Source: Yuukianura sp. NJ FZ-2021
Taxonomy: Eukaryota
DNA: 64,000 nucleotides
NCBI GenBank assembly: GCA_046563655.1
Contig: JAJCTO010000013.1
Coordinates: 62,001-126,000 of the forward strand
Direction of reading: 5' to 3'
Numbering within the stretch: position 1 is the first letter of the stretch; every line of letters starts with the position of its first letter. Position numbers and translations under genes: made by a program. Below, one piece after another: positions 26,201 to 36,700 of this stretch. The notes under the pieces were generated by a model. The model worked only from the letters and a program-made list of their open reading frames with translations, searched no databases and was not told where the DNA came from.

Positions 26201-27238
26201 GTTGTTGCACATGTCTCTCCCTTCTAGTGTATACACATACAGCCAAACAATTCCACTACAGTAAATGCTTGCACACTGTCTCGAATGTGCAGATCACATT
26301 CCCTCTTGCAGCCCACAGACTAGGGGTGCACATAAAAAACTAGTGTCTTAGGCGGCAAAGGGTTTTGTATTTTCAATCGTTGCTGTACAGGGCTCTTGCT
26401 TCTATTGTATACACATACAGCCAAACAATTCCACTACAGTAAATAGTTGCACACTGTCTGGAATGTGCTAATCACATTCCATCTTGCAGCCCACAGACTA
26501 GGGACTAAGAGTTGGTTAGTGTGTTCCTGTAAACTCATTGTAACCTATGCACGTCTAAGTGTCCCTGTTCACGCAGCAAATTTACCTTTGACCAAATTGC
26601 TTACTTTGTGGCTTTATGGCCAACGGTCCACACATACATCTATTTCCGCTTGCTATTGTCTACATCTGTCGACTTATGATATTAAATTGAGCAGAGCTAC
26701 GAAGCCAAAAGGCTCCTAAGCACTAGTTATAATTGCATATAAAAAACTAGTGTCTTAGGCGACACAGGGTTTTGTATTTTCAATCGTTGTTGCACATGGC
26801 TCTCCCTTCTAGTGTATACACATACAGCCAAACAATTCCACTACAGTAAATGCTTGCACACTGTCTCGAATGTGCTGATCACATTCCCTCTTGCAGCTCA
26901 CAGACATCTATTTCCGCTTGCTATTGTCTACATCTGTCGACTTGTGATATTAAATTGAGCAGAGCTACGAAGCCAAAAGGCTCCTAAGCACTAGTTATAA
27001 TTGCATATAAAAAACTAGTGTCTTAGGCGACACAGGGTATTGTATTTTCAATCGTTGTTGCACATGGCTCTCCCTTCTAGTGTATACACATACAGCCAAA
27101 CAATTCCACTACAGTAAATGCTTGCACACTGTCTCGAATGTGCTGATCACATTCCATCTTGCAGCCCACAGACTAGGGACTAAGAGTTGGTTAGTGTGTT
27201 CCTGTAACCTCGTTGTAACCTATGCACGTCTAAGTGTC
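23276..27238. repeat. Satellite A tandem array, right (edge) part, mixing 407-, 268- and 178-bp units
   Basis: The monomer resumes in register after the TSD (ctaagtgtccctgtt) and stops mid-monomer at ...gcacgtctaagtgtc (27238). Confidence 0.97.
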
Positions 27239-27733
27239 ACGTAATAAGTAGATGCACGTAAATGTCAAATTGCGCAGTTATTTTGACGCTGGGTAATGAA
27301 CGTTGTTATTTCAACATTTGTGCATACTTGAGAACAACTCATACATCTTTTAGAATGGTGATTACATCCGAATAATTGTGCATTTATATGAACAGATTTA
27401 ATGGAATTCTAATTTTGTTCATTCTTGAGAACAATTTGATGCAGAAATGTTGTGAATCAAAATAATTTTCAGGAGAGTGTAAACGGTTCAGGGCTAAAGC
27501 TGAACAACATTCTTATGCAAACGGTTTTTTCACATTTTGGTGCAATTGTGCACAAAAAGGCCCACATCTGCACTGAAAGTTATGAGCGACGTTTCGTTGC
27601 ATAAATCTCGTGAAAACGGTTTCTCTGTTCCTCTACAGTTTTGAGGCAGGCCGGTTTAAGTCGTATAAATTGCCAACTCCCTCCAGAAGACCTATGCTCA
27701 ACCCTTGAGCATTGCCCTACCTTGTTTGTTTTT
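27239..27733. other. Unique AT-rich ~495-bp spacer between the two satellites
   Basis: No extended match to either satellite or to the LTR. No ORF in the track. Confidence 0.85.
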
Positions 27734-30700
27734 TCTATCCACACCAATTAAACTTGGGGTCCTGCAGTACTTTTCAGGAGGATTTCAGAAAAGTAAGTCA
27801 TTTTTACCCGGCATCGTTCCGCACTTAGGTTTTTCGAATGTTTTGTTTTGAAACAAATTTTTATAAATAAAATTAACGAGACCAGGGACGACACAGCAAT
27901 TGAAATTGGGTTCATGTAGCCTTTTTTATGAGGATTTCAATACTGTAGTTGACTTTTACCCAGTATTGTTCCGGAGCGCCGCTTTCTTGAATTTGTTGTT
28001 TTGAAACATGAATTTTCATAAATAAAGGTAACAAGATGAGGGACGACACAGCAAGTGAAAGTGGGTTCCTGTAGCACTTTTTATTAGGAATTCAGAAATG
28101 TAGTTGACTTTTACCCAGCATCGTTCAGGAATGCATTTCTTTTGAATTTTTTTGTTTTGAAACATGAATTTTCATAAATAAAGGTAACAAGATGAGGGAC
28201 GACACAGCAAGTGAAAGTAGATTCCTGTAGCACTTTTTATGAGGATTTCAAAAATGTAATTTATTTTACGTTCATTCTCACATTTGCATGTTCATTCTTA
28301 CAAATTTAATTCGTTTTGCGTCAAAATGGTGCTCGGCATTACCCTGGGTGCGGTATAAAAACCCCAGATAAAATTCGAGGCGGAGCGATTAATCCCGACT
28401 TTTAAGTCCGCTCTATCCAGCTTTAATGGCGATCTATCCACACCAATTAAACTTGGGGTCCTGCAGTACTTTTCAGGAGGATTTCAGAAAAGTAAGTCAT
28501 TTTTACCCGGCATCGTTCCGCACTTAGGTTTTTCGAATGTTTTGTTTTGAAACAAATTTTTATAAATAAAATTAACGAGACCAGGGACGACACAGCAATT
28601 GAAATTGGGTTCATGTAGCCTTTTTTATGAGGATTTCAATACTGTAGTTGACTTTTACCCAGTATTGTTCCGGAGCGCCGCTTTCTTGAATTTGTTGTTT
28701 TGAAACATGAATTTTCATAAATAAAGGTAACAAGATGAGGGACGACACAGCAAGTGAAAGTGGGTTCCTGTAGCACTTTTTATTAGGAATTCAGAAATGT
28801 AGTTGACTTTTACCCAGCATCGTTCAGGAATGCATTTCTTTTGAATTCTTTGTTTTGAAACATGAATTTTCATAAATAAAGGTAACAAGATGAGGGACGA
28901 CACAGCAAGTGAAAGTAGATTCCTGTAGCACTTTTTATGAGGATTTCAAAAATGTAATTTACTTTACGTTCATTCTCACATTTGCATGTTCATTCTTACA
29001 AATTTAATTCGTTTTGCGTCAAAATGGTGCTCGGCATTACCCTGGGTGCGGTATAAAAACCCCAGATAAAATTCGAGGCGGAGCGATTAATCCCGACTTT
29101 TAAGTCCGCTCTATCCAGCTTTAATGGCGATCTATCCACACCAATTAAACTTGGGGTCCTGCAGTACTTTTCAGGAGGATTTCAGAAAAGTAAGTCATTT
29201 TTACCCGGCATCGTTCCGCACTTAGGTTTTTCGAATGTTTTGTTTTGAAACAAATTTTTATAAATAAAATTAACGAGACCAGGGACGACACAGCAATTGA
29301 AATTGGGTTCATGTAGCCTTTTTTATGAGGATTTCAATACTGTAGTTGACTTTTACCCAGTATTGTTCCGGAGCGCCGCTTTCTTGAATTTGTTGTTTTG
29401 AAACATGAATTTTCATAAATAAAGGTAACAAGATGAGGGACGACACAGCAAGTGAAAGTGGGTTCCTGTAGCACTTTTTATTAGGAATTCAGAAATGTAG
29501 TTGACTTTTACCCAGCATCGTTCAGGAATGCATTTCTTTTGAATTCTTTTGTTTTGAAACATGAATTTTCATAAATAAAGGTAACAAGATGAGGGACGAC
29601 ACAGCAAGTGAAAGTAGATTCCTGTAGCACTTTTTATGAGGATTTCAAAAATGTAATTTACTTTACGTTCATTCTCACATTTGCATGTTCATTCTTACAA
29701 ATTTAATTCGTTTTGCGTCAAAATGGTGCTCGGCATTACCCTGGGTGCGGTATAAAAACCCCAGATAAAATTCGAGGCGGAGCGATTAATCCCGACTTTT
29801 AAGTCCGCTCTATCCAGCTTTAATGGCGATCTATCCACACCAATTAAACTTGGGGTCCTGCAGTACTTTTCAGGAGGATTTCAGAAAAGTAAGTCATTTT
29901 TACCCGGCATCGTTCCGCACTTAGGTTTTTCGAATGTTTTGTTTTGAAACAAATTTTTATAAATAAAATTAACGAGACCAGGGACGACACAGCAATTGAA
30001 ATTGGGTTCATGTAGCCTTTTTTATGAGGATTTCAATACTGTAGTTGACTTTTACCCAGTATTGTTCCGGAGCGCCGCTTTCTTGAATTTGTTGTTTTGA
30101 AACATGAATTTTCATAAATAAAGGTAACAAGATGAGGGACGACACAGCAAGTGAAAGTGGGTTCCTGTAGCACTTTTTATTAGGAATTCAGAAATGTAGT
30201 TGACTTTTACCCAGCATCGTTCAGGAATGCATTTCTTTTGAATTTTTTTGTTTTGAAACATGAATTTTCATAAATAAAGGTAACAAGATGAGGGACGACA
30301 CAGCAAGTGAAAGTAGATTCCTGTAGCACTTTTTATGAGGATTTCAAAAATGTAATTTATTTTACGTTCATTCTCACATTTGCATGTTCATTCTTACAAA
30401 TTTAATTCGTTTTGCGTCAAAATGGTGCTCGGCATTACCCTGGGTGCGGTATAAAAACCCCAGATAAAATTCGAGGCGGAGCGATTAATCCCGACTTTTA
30501 AGTCCGCTCTATCCAGCTTTAATGGCGATTTATCCACACCAATTAAACTTGGGGTCCTGCAGTACTTTTCAGGAGGATTTCAGAAAAGTAAGTCATTTTT
30601 ACCCGGCATCGTTCCGCACTTAGGTTTTTCGAATGTTTTGTTTTGAAACAAATTTTTATAAATAAAATTAACGAGACCAGGGACGACACAGCAATTGAAA

Positions 30701-33700
30701 TTGGGTTCATGTAGCCTTTTTTATGAGGATTTCAATACTGTAGTTGACTTTTACCCAGTATTGTTCCGGAGCGCCGCTTTCTTGAATTTGTTGTTTTGAA
30801 ACATGAATTTTCATAAATAAAGGTAACAAGATGAGGGACGACACAGCAAGTGAAAGTGGGTTCCTGTAGCACTTTTTATTAGGAATTCAGAAATGTAGTT
30901 GACTTTTACCCAGCATCGTTCAGGAATGCATTTCTTTTGAATTCTTTGTTTTGAAACATGAATTTTCATAAATAAAGGTAACAAGATGAGGGACGACACA
31001 GCAAGTGAAAGTAGATTCCTGTAGCACTTTTTATGAGGATTTCAAAAATGTAATTTACTTTACGTTCATTCTCACATTTGCATGTTCATTCTTACAAATT
31101 TAATTCGTTTTGCGTCAAAATGGTGCTCGGCATTACCCTGGGTGCGGTATAAAAACCCCAGATAAAATTCGAGGCGGAGCGATTAATCCCGACTTTTAAG
31201 TCCGCTCTATCCAGCTTTAATGGCGATCTATCCACACCAATTAAACTTGGGGTCCTGCAGTACTTTTCAGGAGGATTTCAGAAAAGTAAGTCATTTTTAC
31301 CCGGCATCGTTCCGCACTTAGGTTTTTCGAATGTTTTGTTTTGAAACAAATTTTTATAAATAAAATTAACGAGACCAGGGACGACACAGCAATTGAAATT
31401 GGGTTCATGTAGCCTTTTTTATGAGGATTTCAATACTGTAGTTGACTTTTACCCAGTATTGTTCCGGAGCGCCGCTTTCTTGAATTTGTTGTTTTGAAAC
31501 ATGAATTTTCATAAATAAAGGTAACAAGATGAGGGACGACACAGCAAGTGAAAGTGGGTTCCTGTAGCACTTTTTATTAGGAATTCAGAAATGTAGTTGA
31601 CTTTTACCCAGCATCGTTCAGGAATGCATTTCTTTTGAATTCTTTGTTTTGAAACATGAATTTTCATAAATAAAGGTAACAAGATGAGGGACGACACAGC
31701 AAGTGAAAGTAGATTCCTGTAGCACTTTTTATGAGGATTTCAAAAATGTAATTTATTTTACGTTCATTCTCACATTTGCATGTTCATTCTTACAAATTTA
31801 ATTCGTTTTGCGTCAAAATGGTGCTCGGCATTACCCTGGGTGCGGTATAAAAACCCCAGATAAAATTCGAGGCGGAGCGATTAATCCCGACTTTTAAGTC
31901 CGCTCTATCCAGCTTTAATGGCGATTTATCCACACCAATTAAACTTGGGGTCCTGCAGTACTTTTCAGGAGGATTTCAGAAAAGTAAGTCATTTTTACCC
32001 GGCATCGTTCCGCACTTAGGTTTTTCGAATGTTTTGTTTTGAAACAAATTTTTATAAATAAAATTAACGAGACCAGGGACGACACAGCAATTGAAATTGG
32101 GTTCATGTAGCCTTTTTTATGAGGATTTCAATACTGTAGTTGACTTTTACCCAGTATTGTTCCGGAGCGCCGCTTTCTTGAATTTGTTGTTTTGAAACAT
32201 GAATTTTCATAAATAAAGGTAACAAGATGAGGGACGACACAGCAAGTGAAAGTGGGTTCCTGTAGCACTTTTTATTAGGAATTCAGAAATGTAGTTGACT
32301 TTTACCCAGCATCGTTCAGGAATGCATTTCTTTTGAATTTTTTTGTTTTGAAACATGAATTTTCATAAATAAAGGTAACAAGATGAGGGACGACACAGCA
32401 AGTGAAAGTAGATTCCTGTAGCACTTTTTATGAGGATTTCAAAAATGTAATTTATTTTACGTTCATTCTCACATTTGCATGTTCATTCTTACAAATTTAA
32501 TTCGTTTTGCGTCAAAATGGTGCTCGGCATTACCCTGGGTGCGGTATAAAAACCCCAGATAAAATTCGAGGCGGAGCGATTAATCCCGACTTTTAAGTCC
32601 GCTCTATCCAGCTTTAATGGCGATTTATCCACACCAATTAAACTTGGGGTCCTGCAGTACTTTTCAGGAGGATTTCAGAAAAGTAAGTCATTTTTACCCG
32701 GCATCGTTCCGCACTTAGGTTTTTCGAATGTTTTGTTTTGAAACAAATTTTTATAAATAAAATTAACGAGACCAGGGACGACACAGCAATTGAAATTGGG
32801 TTCATGTAGCCTTTTTTATGAGGATTTCAATACTGTAGTTGACTTTTACCCAGTATTGTTCCGGAGCGCCGCTTTCTTGAATTTGTTGTTTTGAAACATG
32901 AATTTTCATAAATAAAGGTAACAAGATGAGGGACGACACAGCAAGTGAAAGTGGGTTCCTGTAGCACTTTTTATTAGGAATTCAGAAATGTAGTTGACTT
33001 TTACCCAGCATCGTTCAGGAATGCATTTCTTTTGAATTTTTTTGTTTTGAAACATGAATTTTCATAAATAAAGGTAACAAGATGAGGGACGACACAGCAA
33101 GTGAAAGTAGATTCCTGTAGCACTTTTTATGAGGATTTCAAAAATGTAATTTATTTTACGTTCATTCTCACATTTGCATGTTCATTCTTACAAATTTAAT
33201 TCGTTTTGCGTCAAAATGGTGCTCGGCATTACCCTGGGTGCGGTATAAAAACCCCAGATAAAATTCGAGGCGGAGCGATTAATCCCGACTTTTAAGTCCG
33301 CTCTATCCAGCTTTAATGGCGATTTATCCACACCAATTAAACTTGGGGTCCTGCAGTACTTTTCAGGAGGATTTCAGAAAAGTAAGTCATTTTTACCCGG
33401 CATCGTTCCGCACTTAGGTTTTTCGAATGTTTTGTTTTGAAACAAATTTTTATAAATAAAATTAACGAGACCAGGGACGACACAGCAATTGAAATTGGGT
33501 TCATGTAGCCTTTTTTATGAGGATTTCAATACTGTAGTTGACTTTTACCCAGTATTGTTCCGGAGCGCCGCTTTCTTGAATTTGTTGTTTTGAAACATGA
33601 ATTTTCATAAATAAAGGTAACAAGATGAGGGACGACACAGCAAGTGAAAGTGGGTTCCTGTAGCACTTTTTATTAGGAATTCAGAAATGTAGTTGACTTT

Positions 33701-36700
33701 TACCCAGCATCGTTCAGGAATGCATTTCTTTTGAATTCTTTGTTTTGAAACATGAATTTTCATAAATAAAGGTAACAAGATGAGGGACGACACAGCAAGT
33801 GAAAGTAGATTCCTGTAGCACTTTTTATGAGGATTTCAAAAATGTAATTTACTTTACGTTCATTCTCACATTTGCATGTTCATTCTTACAAATTTAATTC
33901 GTTTTGCGTCAAAATGGTGCTCGGCATTACCCTGGGTGCGGTATAAAAACCCCAGATAAAATTCGAGGCGGAGCGATTAATCCCGACTTTTAAGTCCGCT
34001 CTATCCAGCTTTAATGGCGATTTATCCACACCAATTAAACTTGGGGTCCTGCAGTACTTTTCAGGAGGATTTCAGAAAAGTAAGTCATTTTTACCCGGCA
34101 TCGTTCCGCACTTAGGTTTTTCGAATGTTTTGTTTTGAAACAAATTTTTATAAATAAAATTAACGAGACCAGGGACGACACAGCAATTGAAATTGGGTTC
34201 ATGTAGCCTTTTTTATGAGGATTTCAATACTGTAGTTGACTTTTACCCAGTATTGTTCCGGAGCGCCGCTTTCTTGAATTTGTTGTTTTGAAACATGAAT
34301 TTTCATAAATAAAGGTAACAAGATGAGGGACGACACAGCAAGTGAAAGTGGGTTCCTGTAGCACTTTTTATTAGGAATTCAGAAATGTAGTTGACTTTTA
34401 CCCAGCATCGTTCAGGAATGCATTTCTTTTGAATTTTTTTGTTTTGAAACATGAATTTTCATAAATAAAGGTAACAAGATGAGGGACAACACAGCAAGTG
34501 AAAGTAGATTCCTGTAGCACTTTTTATGAGGATTTCAAAAATGTAATTTACTTTACGTTCATTCTCACATTTGCATGTTCATTCTTACAAATTTAATTCG
34601 TTTTGCGTCAAAATGGTGCTCGGCATTACCCTGGGTGCGGTATAAAAACCCCAGATAAAATTCGAGGCGGAGCGATTAATCCCGACTTTTAAGTCCGCTC
34701 TATCCAGCTTTAATGGCGATTTATCCACACCAATTAAACTTGGGGTCCTGCAGTACTTTTCAGGAGGATTTCAGAAAAGTAAGTCATTTTTACCCGGCAT
34801 CGTTCCGCACTTAGGTTTTTCGAATGTTTTGTTTTGAAACAAATTTTTATAAATAAAATTAACGAGACCAGGGACGACACAGCAATTGAAATTGGGTTCA
34901 TGTAGCCTTTTTTATGAGGATTTCAATACTGTAGTTGACTTTTACCCAGTATTGTTCCGGAGCGCCGCTTTCTTGAATTTGTTGTTTTGAAACATGAATT
35001 TTCATAAATAAAGGTAACAAGATGAGGGACGACACAGCAAGTGAAAGTGGGTTCCTGTAGCACTTTTTATTAGGAATTCAGAAATGTAGTTGACTTTTAC
35101 CCAGCATCGTTCAGGAATGCATTTCTTTTGAATTTTTTTGTTTTGAAACATGAATTTTCATAAATAAAGGTAACAAGATGAGGGACGACACAGCAAGTGA
35201 AAGTAGATTCCTGTAGCACTTTTTATGAGGATTTCAAAAATGTAATTTACTTTACGTTCATTCTCACATTTGCATGTTCATTCTTACAAATTTAATTCGT
35301 TTTGCGTCAAAATGGTGCTCGGCATTACCCTGGGTGCGGTATAAAAACCCCAGATAAAATTCGAGGCGGAGCGATTAATCCCGACTTTTAAGTCCGCTCT
35401 ATCCAGCTTTAATGGCGATTTATCCACACCAATTAAACTTGGGGTCCTGCAGTACTTTTCAGGAGGATTTCAGAAAAGTAAGTCATTTTTACCCGGCATC
35501 GTTCCGCACTTAGGTTTTTCGAATGTTTTGTTTTGAAACAAATTTTTATAAATAAAATTAACGAGACCAGGGACGACACAGCAATTGAAATTGGGTTCAT
35601 GTAGCCTTTTTTATGAGGATTTCAATACTGTAGTTGACTTTTACCCAGTATTGTTCCGGAGCGCCACTTTCTTGAATTTGTTGTTTTGAAACATGAATTT
35701 TCATAAATAAAGGTAACAAGATGAGGGACGACACAGCAAGTGAAAGTGGGTTCCTGTAGCACTTTTTATTAGGAATTCAGAAATGTAGTTGACTTTTACC
35801 CAGCATCGTTCAGGAATGCATTTCTTTTGAATTCTTTGTTTTGAAACATGAATTTTCATAAATAAAGGTAACAAGATGAGGGACGACACAGCAAGTGAAA
35901 GTAGATTCCTGTAGCACTTTTTATGAGGATTTCAAAAATGTAATTTATTTTACGTTCATTCTCACATTTGCATGTTCATTCTTACAAATTTAATTCGTTT
36001 TGCGTCAAAATGGTGCTCGGCATTACCCTGGGTGCGGTATAAAAACCCCAGATAAAATTCGAGGCGGAGCGATTAATCCCGACTTTTAAGTCCGCTCTAT
36101 CCAGCTTTAATGGCGATTTATCCACACCAATTAAACTTGGGGTCCTGCAGTACTTTTCAGGAGGATTTCAGAAAAGTAAGTCATTTTTACCCGGCATCGT
36201 TCCGCACTTAGGTTTTTCGAATGTTTTGTTTTGAAACAAATTTTTATAAATAAAATTAACGAGACCAGGGACGACACAGCAATTGAAATTGGGTTCATGT
36301 AGCCTTTTTTATGAGGATTTCAATACTGTAGTTGACTTTTACCCAGTATTGTTCCGGAGCGCCGCTTTCTTGAATTTGTTGTTTTGAAACATGAATTTTC
36401 ATAAATAAAGGTAACAAGATGAGGGACGACACAGCAAGTGAAAGTGGGTTCCTGTAGCACTTTTTATTAGGAATTCAGAAATGTAGTTGACTTTTACCCA
36501 GCATCGTTCAGGAATGCATTTCTTTTGAATTTTTTTGTTTTGAAACATGAATTTTCATAAATAAAGGTAACAAGATGAGGGACGACACAGCAAGTGAAAG
36601 TAGATTCCTGTAGCACTTTTTATGAGGATTTCAAAAATGTAATTTACTTTACGTTCATTCTCACATTTGCATGTTCATTCTTACAAATTTAATTCGTTTT

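Noticed and set aside
192..26719. Repeated 73-117 aa ORF (YTHTAKQFHYSK...) in Sat A
   Set aside because: Starts are GTG/TTG rather than ATG, there is no recognisable domain, variants are often non-synonymous, and many units delete it. It is a by-product of the repeat.
27235..27733. Spacer as a complete solo LTR
   Set aside because: It starts with TGT, but I found no matching terminal inverted end followed by a CTAAG TSD, and no PBS or PPT. It is kept only as a hypothesis in the findings.
28030..28065. Hammerhead ribozyme core (GATGAG...GAAA in Sat B, CTGATCA in Sat A)
   Set aside because: I found no exact CUGANGA with flanking stems by eye. An Infernal search would be needed to exclude it fully.
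27885..28210. CRISPR-like recurrence of GGGACGACACAGCAA
   Set aside because: The intervening sequences are homologous to each other rather than unique spacers. There are no cas genes and the context is eukaryotic.
28370..28410. CENP-B box (TTCG and CCCG present)
   Set aside because: Spacing and orientation do not fit TTCGNNNNANNCGGG on either strand.
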